Positions 1-9,897 of a stretch of 64,000 bases of DNA are shown piece after piece. Every line of letters begins with the position of its first letter. Within the stretch, counting starts at the first letter, position 1. Below the pieces are notes generated by a model. It worked only from the letters and a program-made list of their open reading frames with translations, had not been told where the DNA came from and ran no database searches. The stretch lies in assembly GCA_049975265.1 (NCBI GenBank), contig JBNGDF010000003.1:66995-130994 (forward strand), written 5' to 3'. Source of the DNA: Fidelibacterota bacterium. GTDB taxonomy: Bacteria; Fidelibacterota; UBA2242. A program made the translations under genes and the position numbers.

Positions 1-131
1 TATCCCATAAAATTTTTGGTGTCGGGCAAGTCGTAAGTGTCAACGGTAGCGGCGGACAGGCAAAACTGCGGATTAGTTTTCGCAGCTGCGGTGTAAAGAC
101 CATTGTAGCAAGATTTGTCACCAGGATTTAG
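1..131 (+). CDS. 3' end of a PcrA/UvrD-family DNA helicase (C-terminal Tudor-like domain), partial
   Basis: Not in the ORF track. Frame 3 reads SHKIFGVGQVVSVNGSGGQAKLRISFRSCGVKTIVARFVTRI* (TAG 129-131), matching the H-x-x-F-G-x-G-x-V...G-x-G...F...G-x-K C-terminal pattern of PcrA/UvrD. Confidence 0.75.
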   Translation, partial: SHKIFGVGQVVSVNGSGGQAKLRISFRSCGVKTIVARFVTRI

Positions 132-187
132 AAATTGCTACAATATTCGGTATCTTACAATGTAAGATCAATCAACATGAACGGTGA

Positions 188-1426
188 TCAGAGTCTTTCC
201 GGATCGCTCTCGAAACCGGTCTGATTGATGTCTCTGATCTGACCGGTTTCTCCGTCAATCTCAAAGACTTTCCAGTAGTTACCGGGAGTGCCGGGCGGCA
301 TATGGTACTCTTTCAATAACTGGTCGCCGTTGTATATTTTAACGGTAACGTTGCCTCTGGAAAGATCGTCGCCGTTGGTTTTATGGCGCCCGCTATAGTT
401 GTGGACCGTGTAGCGATAGGCACCGGGATCGAGCCCGTAGATAGTAATGGTCTCCGGTCCGAAGAAGGATGTGTCGTCGCGGTCAAGAAATTTTTTGCCT
501 TTAATTAGAGTGCGTCGGTTCCAGTAGATGTGGAAATCCTCATGACCGGGATGCGGACCACGCAGATGAGCGTCGACGTCGACAGGATACCGTCCCCACG
601 TCAACACAATCCTGTAATCCTGCGGCGGAATAATTTTTGTCAATACGGCATGGACGGTGCTTGGAAAATCCAGCAAGACATCAACATCAAAACGATCAGA
701 GATGTACTGCTTTTTACCGATGTAAACCGTATAGCGTCCGTGATCCACCGGCACAACAAACTGACCGTCGGTGTCACTGATGGCACGTCCTACGGTTTCC
801 TTGGTGTCCCGGTTTTTGACAATGACCAGAGCGTTATCTAGAGCGTCCCCGGTAACGGCATCGATCACACTGCCGTAAATCGCCCGCAGCCGGGGATAGG
901 TTCTGTTTACTTCGGTGACGGTTCGGCTGCTGCCATCAATCTCAGCCGCCAGCCAGACGATTCCCTGTGCATCGGGCTGAATCCTGATGGACTCCACCAT
1001 ATGATCGTTTTCGTAAAAACTGACGCAGGCATTTGAGTTGACGAAAACATCTTCAGCAGTACCAAACAGATCATTCTCACCGAAGCTTTCTTCGATAAAC
1101 TTATTCTTTATCAAAATCTGGTATGTACCTGATATAAAGCGTGTTATAGTAAATTCTTCTTTGCCGATTTCGGGGTCATCGGTGACGTCTCCGCTGGCGG
1201 TTGCCGAGCCATCGGGCGTTTCGCCGGGGATGCTGCCTGTGAGAATATACCCGACGCCACTCTGGATATTGGGCACCACCAATGCCGCTTCCAGTTCAGA
1301 ACCGAAAGCCGACCAGGTGACCACAATGCGGTAATCGTCAACCGGTTGCCGGGCGAAGGTTGCCGAATTCAATACAGACAGGAATGCAATCATGCCAATC
1401 AAACCGTAAGGTGATCTGTTCTTCAT
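188..1426 (-). CDS. Exported protein with two YfaP/DUF2135-like domains flanking a carboxypeptidase-regulatory-like domain
   Basis: Signal peptide from MKNRSP (ATG 1426, SD AAGGA; ORF track starts at 1456). Two repeats begin YRIVVTW and YRIVLTW, the second with DVDAHL...DDTSFFGPETITI. Central GSVIDAVTGDALDNALV...SDTDGQF...GRYTV motif. Confidence 0.7.
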   Translation of the reverse strand: MKNRSPYGLIGMIAFLSVLNSATFARQPVDDYRIVVTWSAFGSELEAALVVPNIQSGVGYILTGSIPGETPDGSATASGDVTDDPEIGKEEFTITRFISGTYQILIKNKFIEESFGENDLFGTAEDVFVNSNACVSFYENDHMVESIRIQPDAQGIVWLAAEIDGSSRTVTEVNRTYPRLRAIYGSVIDAVTGDALDNALVIVKNRDTKETVGRAISDTDGQFVVPVDHGRYTVYIGKKQYISDRFDVDVLLDFPSTVHAVLTKIIPPQDYRIVLTWGRYPVDVDAHLRGPHPGHEDFHIYWNRRTLIKGKKFLDRDDTSFFGPETITIYGLDPGAYRYTVHNYSGRHKTNGDDLSRGNVTVKIYNGDQLLKEYHMPPGTPGNYWKVFEIDGETGQIRDINQTGFESDPERL

Positions 1427-1546
1427 GCTAAATTCCTTTTTAAATAAGCATACCATTTAGATGAGCATCTCCGGACAAGGTTGTCGGATGAGCCGGGTTG
1501 TTGCCACCGCTTTGTGATTAAAGACATTTCCTGGCTTTCCACGGCA

Positions 1547-1993
1547 TCAATCTACCAAAGCCCACTCCTGGCGGGAACGGATAAACTGCCGTGCCAGCCG
1601 GTCGCACATTTCATTGTATTTGTCTCCCGAATGTCCGGCAATGTAATGCCAGCTGATGCGGCGGTGATTCAATGAATCCAGACGCTCCCACAAATCCCGG
1701 TTTTTCACTGGCTTTTTCGAGGCGGTTTTCCAGTTTTTACGCTTCCAGTTCGGTAACCACTCGGTAATTCCTTTACGGACGTATTCGCTGTCGGTATAAA
1801 TAACGGCGTCTTCATCGGACCGTAGATATTTCAGGGCTTCGATGACTGCCGTTAGCTCCATTCGATTATTGGTGGTGTTTGTCTGAAAGCCGCCCCATTT
1901 CCGCACCGGCTGATTGTTTTCCAGCAGAACCACTGCCCAGCCGCCCGGTCCGGGGTTTCCGGAGCAGGCGCCGTCAGTATAGAATATTTTCAT
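1547..1993 (-). CDS. rnhA: Ribonuclease HI
   Basis: YTDGACSGNPGPGGW, TTNNRMEL, YTDSEY, VKNRDLW, GHSG..NEMCD motifs. Start at 1993 or 2008. Confidence 0.97.
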   Translation of the reverse strand: MKIFYTDGACSGNPGPGGWAVVLLENNQPVRKWGGFQTNTTNNRMELTAVIEALKYLRSDEDAVIYTDSEYVRKGITEWLPNWKRKNWKTASKKPVKNRDLWERLDSLNHRRISWHYIAGHSGDKYNEMCDRLARQFIRSRQEWALVD

Positions 1994-2017
1994 ACAGATA
2001 TCTCGCAATCATCATGA

Positions 2018-3748
2018 TTACAGTTTCTCGATTTTGGACAGAACACCGTTCTTAAAATAGAAAAACATCTCCTTTGCATCGGCGGTTTGATAAATCCACA
2101 ATTCGTATGTCTGGTTGCCGCTGGTTTCCAGCGATTTGGTATACGCCGGTTGCCCTAATTCCGCTTTGATCTGATCGCGCGTCATTCCAATTCGGGGAGA
2201 GAAGCCGTCTGGCAGCGGTATTTGCCGGGATTCAGCGACGACATTTTGCAGTTTTTCGATCGCCGCCTGCTCTTTGAGATATTGGATGCCCTGTTCGAGG
2301 GTTTTGATATGTTCGCGGGTCAGAAAAAGGATTTCCGGGCGGATTTCGGTTGCCTGACGCAGCGATTCCAGCGCCAGTTCGATGCTCTGGTGATCCACCG
2401 ACAGATTGGCATCCTGAATATAACCGTAGGCAATCTTTGTGAGGAATGGCTCGACCCGGTCACGGATCGCCGGATTGTGTTGAATGGCGAGGTCGAAGAA
2501 GTAGAGCGCTTTATCCCAGATCTGATAGTCGCAGAACACCACTCCGCGATAAAAGTAGATTTCACTGAGATAGAGTACTTTCAGGTCTTCGGTATGGGGG
2601 AGTTTAAGTGACTCCGTTTTTTTTAAAAATTCCTCGGCTTCGGTAATGGCATTTGAGAGAATGAGTGAATCCAGTGTCGCCTGCCACCAGCTGCCGATTT
2701 CCTGATAACTGCTATCGATTCTGGTCAGCAGCATGTCATCCACGGATTTGCTTGCCATTTCCAGATAACGGGCTGCTTTGGAAAAGTCTTTGACCTCTAT
2801 GAAATGATCCGCCAGTTCGGCGTACTGATAGACCACCAGTGCATCGCATTTGTCGATCATCCATTGGGCTTTGAACAGGCGGGGGTGGGTAGGTTCATTT
2901 TTGATAAAATCCCTGAAATTGGCTTTTGCAGCGATGTAATCGCCCTTTTTGAACAGCGCTTTGGCGATATCACCTTGGGTCTGGTTTCCGCCGCTGATCA
3001 TACTGAAGGTCAGCGAGATGCCGAAGCTGCTGAAATCGATATTCTTGATCGGACTGAGATTATGGTGGTCTTTCAAATCATCAAACCGGGCAAGCTGATA
3101 CTGAAATTCAATGCCGTATACCTCTTTGAAGGTAAAGTCGATTTTCGTCAGCAGTTTCAGACCTGCCGTTACCGAAAAGGTCCAGCCTTGCTGCGTCAGA
3201 AAACGCTCTCCCGCCCGTGTCCGGTACGCCGACGTAAAAGCCCGACCGGCATTGAATTGCAGATAGTTAGAAAAATGTTTTGACCACTGAAATGCCAAAG
3301 ACTGGTTGATGTTTGCCTCAATCAGGCGGGGCGCAAAATAGAGCTGCTCATTGGTGCCCGGTGCATATTGCGACCAGGCTTCCGGCAGACCCTGGTTGAT
3401 GAGAGACGATTTGTATTTAAATCCCAGTCCGGTCTGGAAATCCATGAAATTTTGTGGGATCAGCAGACCGAGGAGATTGGTTTTTGCCAGTTCTACTTCA
3501 AGATTGTGAAGGTAGCGATTGAGGAGCTGGTCAAAACCTTCCAGTTCAGTTTCGGTGGAATCAAAACGGAGTGCATCGGCGCCCAGCAGCTGACCACCGG
3601 CTTTCAGTTCAAAGGGAGTGATGCCGAAAGGTTTGCGGTATTCGATGGGATTTTGAAAGAAATCGGCGATTTTATAGACAAGATTTTGAGGGTATAGCTG
3701 TACGGTACATATCACGATCAGCCAAAATATCAGGTGCCGGATTCTCAT
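2018..3748 (-). CDS. Exported TPR-repeat protein with beta-rich N-terminal region and C-terminal SmpA/BamE-like domain
   Basis: Signal peptide. TPR-like helices (AKALFKKGDYIAAKANF; YFYRGVVF...WDKALYFFDLAI). C-terminal GMTRDQIKAELGQP...WIY...FYFKNGVL. Confidence 0.6.
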   Translation of the reverse strand: MRIRHLIFWLIVICTVQLYPQNLVYKIADFFQNPIEYRKPFGITPFELKAGGQLLGADALRFDSTETELEGFDQLLNRYLHNLEVELAKTNLLGLLIPQNFMDFQTGLGFKYKSSLINQGLPEAWSQYAPGTNEQLYFAPRLIEANINQSLAFQWSKHFSNYLQFNAGRAFTSAYRTRAGERFLTQQGWTFSVTAGLKLLTKIDFTFKEVYGIEFQYQLARFDDLKDHHNLSPIKNIDFSSFGISLTFSMISGGNQTQGDIAKALFKKGDYIAAKANFRDFIKNEPTHPRLFKAQWMIDKCDALVVYQYAELADHFIEVKDFSKAARYLEMASKSVDDMLLTRIDSSYQEIGSWWQATLDSLILSNAITEAEEFLKKTESLKLPHTEDLKVLYLSEIYFYRGVVFCDYQIWDKALYFFDLAIQHNPAIRDRVEPFLTKIAYGYIQDANLSVDHQSIELALESLRQATEIRPEILFLTREHIKTLEQGIQYLKEQAAIEKLQNVVAESRQIPLPDGFSPRIGMTRDQIKAELGQPAYTKSLETSGNQTYELWIYQTADAKEMFFYFKNGVLSKIEKL

Positions 3749-3873
3749 TGCTTAAAAATAAATAGTTCCGGGGTGAAAAGTAAGCAAAAATTACACTGAA
3801 ATTGCGTATATTAGCTCCCGGCTGCTTGAATATCGATCATGAAACAAAGCACTTTATCACTTGTATAAAGACC

Positions 3874-4566
3874 ATGTATGCTAGACGATTCAAAGCGTTT
3901 TACCTGCTAATCAGCACTCTTTTATTTGGTGTAATGATGACAGGCAATCCAGCCGGTGCCGACAGCCGCCTGGGGAAATTTTTTATTGCCCGTCTGAAAT
4001 ATGACGGGGGTGGTGACTGGTACTGCGATCCGAGTTCGCTGCCCAATCTGCTGGATTTTGTCAGTCGCAATACACCGGTTGTAACCGATCTGAAGGAATA
4101 CCGGGTTTCCGTCATGGACAAAGAATTTTTTTCCTATCCCTACCTCTATGTCAGCGGGCATGGTAATATCCGCTTTTCCAATGAGGAGATTTTGCGGTTA
4201 CGACAGTATTTTGATGCTGGTGGATTTATGCATGCCGACGATAATTATGGAATGGATAAGTCTTTCCGGCGGGAGCTGAAGCGAATATTTCCCGAAAATG
4301 ATCTGGTGGAACTGCCTTTTGATCACCCCATATACCACTGTTTTTACGAATTCCCGGGTGGATTGCCGAAAATTCATGAGCATGACAACAAACCGGCTCA
4401 GGGATTTGGGGTCTTTCACCATAATCGACTGGTCGTGTTTTACAGCTATGAGACTGATCTGGGCGATGGTTGGGAAGACCCGGAAGTTCACAACGATCCG
4501 CCGGAAAAACATGACGCCGCCCTGAAAATGGGTGCCAACATTATCATCTATTCTCTGACTCAATGA
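3874..4566 (+). CDS. DUF4159 domain-containing exported protein
   Basis: ARLKYDGGGDWY, YPYLYVSGHG, GGFMHADDNYG, DHPIYH, PKIHEHD, DLGDGWED signature. Start uncertain (3802 TTG or 3874 ATG). Confidence 0.85.
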   Translation: MYARRFKAFYLLISTLLFGVMMTGNPAGADSRLGKFFIARLKYDGGGDWYCDPSSLPNLLDFVSRNTPVVTDLKEYRVSVMDKEFFSYPYLYVSGHGNIRFSNEEILRLRQYFDAGGFMHADDNYGMDKSFRRELKRIFPENDLVELPFDHPIYHCFYEFPGGLPKIHEHDNKPAQGFGVFHHNRLVVFYSYETDLGDGWEDPEVHNDPPEKHDAALKMGANIIIYSLTQ

Positions 4567-7500
4567 ATTATTCCGGTCAAAATATCAGAACTATCGAAGT
4601 CAAATTGGACGCCCTGCGCAAACGATGGAGCGAATTCATTTTTCTGAATGGTTTCGTACGGGCGCTAATGCTGGTGTTTGCAACCGGTTTTATCATAACT
4701 ACTCTGGAAGGGTTTCGGTACTTTGCTGTGCCGGTCCGGTTGAGTATCCTTAGATTTTTTACCGGTTTTCTGCTCATTTTTTGCCTGGCACCGGTGGTGT
4801 TGGCATTTCTGGTGCGCACCAATCGAATGGCATCCTTTTCCAATCAAAAACTTGCCCGGCTGTTGGGAAAACAATTTCCCGTCCTCGGTGACCGTCTGTT
4901 GAACGGGCTGCAACTGGTTGAGATGAGCCGGCAGGAGGATTCGGGTTTTTCCAGGGAACTGGCGGATTATTCGGTGAAAACGGTGGCAATAGAGATCGGG
5001 AAATATCGTTTTGAGGAGGTAATTCCCCGGCAGAAATTGCGCTCATCGCTGATTCAGTTTGGGGTTGTGCTGACAATGCTTACGGGAATTGCGGGATTCA
5101 ATGCAGACTATTATCAACAATCCGTTGAGCGTCTGCTGCATCCCAGGCAATCGTTTACCATTCCCCAGCCTTTTCATATCCGATCTCTGACCGGTTCTAT
5201 GAATGTATTCGGCGGCGATACGGTGCAAGTGGCGTTTCTCTGTTCCGGTAATTATCCCGAACAACTCACTTTTCGTGCCGACCACCGGGATTTTATTACC
5301 GAAAAGAGTGTTGTTCCTGATGACTCCGGTCGGATCAGGCTGAATCTGGGCGCCGTCCGCAATACGATCATTTATGAAGCCTTTGCAGAAAACCGGTCGG
5401 TTTTCAGACCCTGGCGGCGGATCAGCAGCGGCAGCGATACGATCAAAGTCACCGACCGCCCGGAAATACTGGCGGTCGCGATTCGTATCGATCCGCCGGA
5501 ATACACCGGTTTGCCGACGGAAATCCAAGAGTCCAACAATCTGGAACTGATGGTACTGCCCGGCACGCGGCTGGAGCTTTCGGCAACTGCCAACAAGCCA
5601 CTCCGAAGCGCTTGGTTGCGGTTTAAATCGGGACTACCCCTGGATTTACACATTGCCGGTAATATTGCCCGCGGCGAATTGCTTATTACCGCTGCCGATG
5701 AATTCCGCTTTTTGTTAATGGACGAAAATGGCGTCCGGAATCTGGACCCGATACGCTATTCCATCCGGATTATCCCGGATTCCTATCCCGTCTGTCGGCT
5801 GATTTCACCGGATGCCGATATCGAGCTGACCGAAGCCATGGAAATTCCGCTGGGTATCCGGATCGGCGATGATTACGGCTTTTCAAAGGTCCTGATTCGC
5901 TATCGTCTAATCAAAAACTATACCCCCGATCAGATACCTGCGGATTCCGTTGAATTTCCACTTCGAGATCGGAAATTGACCCTTCAGGAATTGTATTACA
6001 ACTGGTCGGTGAAAGATATGCGTTTATCACCGGAGGATGTGATTGAATTTCAGGTAATCGCCTATGACAATGATCCCATCAACGGTCCCAAGTCAGCGAA
6101 CTCGAGGACACTCAGGGCGCGGTTTCCATCTTTGAACGATCTTTTCAGCGGTTTATACGAGCAGCAGGATGATATAATGGAGCGGGGCGCTGAATTACAG
6201 CGGGAGCTGGAGAATGCCGAGCAGGCTCTCGAGCAGATTTCGCTGGAGCTGCTGAAAAATCCGGACCTCAACTGGGAACAGAAACAACAGCTGGCTATGG
6301 AGATTCAACGCACTGAAAAAGCGACGGAAAAACTGTCCGAAATGGCAGAACGGCTGGATAAGATGATAGAAGAGAGCCGGGAAAATAATCTCTTCGATGA
6401 GGAGACTCTGGAAAAATATGCCCAGCTGCAGCAGTCGTTTCAGGAAATCATGACGCCGGAGCTACGGGCGGCGATGGAAAAGCTCCAGCAGGCACTGGAA
6501 AAAATGGACCGTAAAGAGGTCCGAAATGCCCTGAAACAATTTCGCACAAACCGCGAGCAGTTTTCGAAAGAGATCAATCGAATGCTCAGGCTGCTTGAGC
6601 GGGTAAAAATCGAACAGTCGGTAGATGAGATTGTCCGTCGTCTGGAAGACCTGGTGAATCGCCAGGAGAATATCAACCGGGACATTGAGCAGACCGATGA
6701 CAGCGAAAAAACCAAAATGAACCAACTGGCTCAAGAGGAGAAAACCGTTGAGCGTGACACCGATATTCTGCTCGATGTAATGGAGCGAACCAGCCGGGAT
6801 ATGCAGGAATTTCCGTTAATGCCCTACCGCGAACTGGCGGCGCATAAACAGGATTTCGAAAATTCCGATGTTAAGAGTCAGATGAATCAGACACGCGAAG
6901 CACTGCAGCACAGCGATAAAGACCAGGCGGGTAAACATTCGCAAGCGGCGCAAAAACGGCTGCAGGAATTTCTGGAAAAGATGCAGCAGTTTCAATCCGA
7001 CTTCAATTCCGGGCAGATGGAGCAATTGATGAGTGATTTTCGGGAGGTAATTTATAAAACCATGCAGGTATCCCAAAGCCAGGAGACCATCAGCCAGTTG
7101 ATAAAAAGTACGCCGCGTCAGAGCGAGCAGTTAATGGATGTGGCTGTCCGGCAGCAGTATATCCGCCAGAACCTGTCGACGGTAATTAACGATCTGATTG
7201 AACTATCCAATAAGACCTTTGGTCTCTCTTCCAACGCCGGTAAAGGTTTTGGGCAGGCAGCGGCAGGGATGAATGAGGCGATCCAGTTGATGGAAGAGCG
7301 CAATACCCACGCTGCCGCCAGCGCCGCAAATAACGCAGTAGCCGCCCTGAATCATGCCGCGCTGAATCTGATCAATTCCATGAAAAATCTCCAGCAGAGT
7401 GGTTCGGCGTCGGGGTTTGAACAGTATCTTGAGCAACTGAAGAAAATGGCGGGACAGCAACAGGGAATTAACGATGAGACACAACTGCTGGGGATGAGCG

Positions 7501-7952
7501 GCGGTGAGGGGCGTCGACAAGCCCTCCAGCGACTGGCGGCGCGCCAACAGCAGCTGCGTAAGTCACTGGAAGATCTGCAGAAAGAGATCAGTGAGAGTGG
7601 ACAGCAAACCGGTGATTTGGGTGGCGTTGCCAAGGATATGGATGAAGTTATTAAAGATTTACAGCAGGACCGCGTTCTCCGGAAAACCCTCGAGCGTCAG
7701 CAGCGTATTCTATCCCGTCTTCTGGATGCGCAGAAATCGTTGCGAACCCAGGATTATAAAAAAGAACGCAAAAGTATCACCGGGAAGGACCTGGAGCGGG
7801 AATCACCAGGACAACTACCTGCCGATCTGGGAGAGCGGCAGACCATTCTCAGGCAAAATCTGGAGCAGGCGATGAAAGAGGGCTATGTGCGGGAATACGA
7901 GGAGCTGATCCGGAAATATTTTGAATCAATTTCGAGTGAAACCAATGAATAG
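4563..7952 (+). CDS. DUF4175-family membrane protein (N-terminal TM helices, Ig-like domains, long coiled coil)
   Basis: 1129 aa with three N-terminal hydrophobic segments, DRLLNGLQL, PPEYTGL, DDYGF, AYDNDPINGPK, a Q/E-rich coil and RQQRILSRLLDA..RKS. ATGA overlap with the upstream gene. Confidence 0.8.
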   Translation: MNYSGQNIRTIEVKLDALRKRWSEFIFLNGFVRALMLVFATGFIITTLEGFRYFAVPVRLSILRFFTGFLLIFCLAPVVLAFLVRTNRMASFSNQKLARLLGKQFPVLGDRLLNGLQLVEMSRQEDSGFSRELADYSVKTVAIEIGKYRFEEVIPRQKLRSSLIQFGVVLTMLTGIAGFNADYYQQSVERLLHPRQSFTIPQPFHIRSLTGSMNVFGGDTVQVAFLCSGNYPEQLTFRADHRDFITEKSVVPDDSGRIRLNLGAVRNTIIYEAFAENRSVFRPWRRISSGSDTIKVTDRPEILAVAIRIDPPEYTGLPTEIQESNNLELMVLPGTRLELSATANKPLRSAWLRFKSGLPLDLHIAGNIARGELLITAADEFRFLLMDENGVRNLDPIRYSIRIIPDSYPVCRLISPDADIELTEAMEIPLGIRIGDDYGFSKVLIRYRLIKNYTPDQIPADSVEFPLRDRKLTLQELYYNWSVKDMRLSPEDVIEFQVIAYDNDPINGPKSANSRTLRARFPSLNDLFSGLYEQQDDIMERGAELQRELENAEQALEQISLELLKNPDLNWEQKQQLAMEIQRTEKATEKLSEMAERLDKMIEESRENNLFDEETLEKYAQLQQSFQEIMTPELRAAMEKLQQALEKMDRKEVRNALKQFRTNREQFSKEINRMLRLLERVKIEQSVDEIVRRLEDLVNRQENINRDIEQTDDSEKTKMNQLAQEEKTVERDTDILLDVMERTSRDMQEFPLMPYRELAAHKQDFENSDVKSQMNQTREALQHSDKDQAGKHSQAAQKRLQEFLEKMQQFQSDFNSGQMEQLMSDFREVIYKTMQVSQSQETISQLIKSTPRQSEQLMDVAVRQQYIRQNLSTVINDLIELSNKTFGLSSNAGKGFGQAAAGMNEAIQLMEERNTHAAASAANNAVAALNHAALNLINSMKNLQQSGSASGFEQYLEQLKKMAGQQQGINDETQLLGMSGGEGRRQALQRLAARQQQLRKSLEDLQKEISESGQQTGDLGGVAKDMDEVIKDLQQDRVLRKTLERQQRILSRLLDAQKSLRTQDYKKERKSITGKDLERESPGQLPADLGERQTILRQNLEQAMKEGYVREYEELIRKYFESISSETNE

Positions 7953-9888
7953 CAAGACGACATTTGTCATAATTGTCGCAATCCTGTTGTCGGCTCAGAT
8001 ATGGAGCGTGGCTCAGAGCAGCTGGAAATCTCCGGAAATCCTGAAACGGGAACGGGCGGCGAAGTACCGCCTGGCGCAACAGTACGAACAGCAGGGTGCC
8101 ATCGAACGAGCCACCATTTTGTATCGTGAGCTGTTCGACCAGGACCCCCGCAACGGCAGTTACTATTCCCGCTACAGCAATCTTCTGTTTGTGCAGAAGA
8201 AATATCCGGAGCTGGAACAGCTGATTTCTACATATTTATCCTATCATCCCAATGACGAAGCTGCCCAAATCGATCGGGGCAGGCTCTATTTTTTACAGGG
8301 TGATACACTCAGGGCAGAACAGCATTGGCAGCAATCCTGGAAAGAGTCGCAGTATTCCCAGAATTACACCCGCCTTTTGTTTCATGGTCTGATCATGCTG
8401 CAGGCGTATGATCGGGCTGAAGAGGTGATTCGAACGGCAAGAGATTATTATCAAAATGAGTCTCTCTTTGCCGTCGAACTGGCGAATTTTTTCCGGGCGC
8501 GTGGTGAATATCTCAAGAGTACCCGCGAGTTCCTGAACTACGGGCGGCAACAGCCACGCAATTACCAGTATGTGAGCAACCAGATTCTGCGTTTCCCCGG
8601 AGACAGCAGTCTCTTTGCCCAAATTGATTCGCTGATTCAACAGGAAATCGAGGATTCGAAGCGAGTCAAAGAGCTCTATCGGCTGCGAGCGGATTTACTG
8701 TTTCGCCAGCAGCAATACACCGCCGCAATTGAGCAGGTGCTGATCGTTGAAACATTGAGTGGCAACCGGGGTGAGGCTGTTCTGGACCTGGCTGGTGATC
8801 TGCTGAATGTTGGTGAGTACGGCTTAGCAGAGCATCTGTACACCACAATCATTGAGAAGCCTGAATTTCGGAATGTCGTTCCGAAAGCATTGCTGGGACT
8901 GGCGGATGCGTTTGAGCGGGAAATGCTGGCGGATCAATCCTGTTCGCCGCTGGACTATTTTTACCGTGATAATATCTTTTTCGTACCGGCGTATATCTAC
9001 GGGATTGGTGCCGATGATTATCACATTAAGAAAGCCTTTTCCGTTTACGATTCGATGATTGTCTCGCTTCCAAGATCGGTTTACACCGCCCGGGCACTCT
9101 ATCGGCTGGGCGAATTGCGCTATCGGGTTCTGCATGACATCGACGGAGCCGCCCGGCTGTATGAGGACGCGTTGGAAATCGGTGCGGATACCGATATTCG
9201 CTATAGTTGTATCGTTCGGCAGGCAGACCTGATGATCGCCCGGGGAAATCTCGATAGCGCGGCGGAATACATTCGCCGGAACCAGCGAAGATTTGAAGGC
9301 ACGGATGTCGAGAAATCTCTGGCGGTACGGTATATTCTGAGCCGGTATTATCGCGGTGAGGTGGATTCGGCACTGGTCTATACGAATGAGCTAATGAATA
9401 TGACAGGGGTCGCCGATCCGCTATTTAACGATGCGCTGGAATTTCAAAATTTCATTGAACAGTTTTTGGTCGGTGGGGATGATGAAAATCGTCAGTATGT
9501 CCGGGAATTTTTACAGTGCGAGTGGCTGATCCATCAGAGTAAACTGTCTGAAGCCCGGGAGAGTCTGGACTATTTAATTGAGAATGCGGAGGACACGGGT
9601 GTGGTACTACCGGCGCGGTATCGTTTATTGCAGATTGAACTGTTTTTCCGGAATCGGGAACAGGCTGAAAGCATACTCGATCGGATTCTGAGTGAAGAGA
9701 ATCAATTTGCCGACGATGCCCTGTTCATGATGGGAGAAATCGCCGATGTTCGCGACGATGATCGGGAATATGCCGTTCACTGGTATCAGCGCTTGCTGCA
9801 GGAGTACCCAAATTCATTCATGACCGAGATTGTCAGAAAGAGATTGCGCAGGATGCAGAGCGAGCTGAATATTAAACAGGAGTTATAA
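7945..9888 (+). CDS. Exported tetratricopeptide-repeat protein
   Basis: Signal peptide from MNSKTT. Many TPR-like helices. Ends in DDALFMMGEI...YQRLLQEYPNS...VRKRLRRM. Overlaps the DUF4175 gene end. Confidence 0.8.
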   Translation: MNSKTTFVIIVAILLSAQIWSVAQSSWKSPEILKRERAAKYRLAQQYEQQGAIERATILYRELFDQDPRNGSYYSRYSNLLFVQKKYPELEQLISTYLSYHPNDEAAQIDRGRLYFLQGDTLRAEQHWQQSWKESQYSQNYTRLLFHGLIMLQAYDRAEEVIRTARDYYQNESLFAVELANFFRARGEYLKSTREFLNYGRQQPRNYQYVSNQILRFPGDSSLFAQIDSLIQQEIEDSKRVKELYRLRADLLFRQQQYTAAIEQVLIVETLSGNRGEAVLDLAGDLLNVGEYGLAEHLYTTIIEKPEFRNVVPKALLGLADAFEREMLADQSCSPLDYFYRDNIFFVPAYIYGIGADDYHIKKAFSVYDSMIVSLPRSVYTARALYRLGELRYRVLHDIDGAARLYEDALEIGADTDIRYSCIVRQADLMIARGNLDSAAEYIRRNQRRFEGTDVEKSLAVRYILSRYYRGEVDSALVYTNELMNMTGVADPLFNDALEFQNFIEQFLVGGDDENRQYVREFLQCEWLIHQSKLSEARESLDYLIENAEDTGVVLPARYRLLQIELFFRNREQAESILDRILSEENQFADDALFMMGEIADVRDDDREYAVHWYQRLLQEYPNSFMTEIVRKRLRRMQSELNIKQEL

Positions 9889-9897
9889 ACGATTGAG

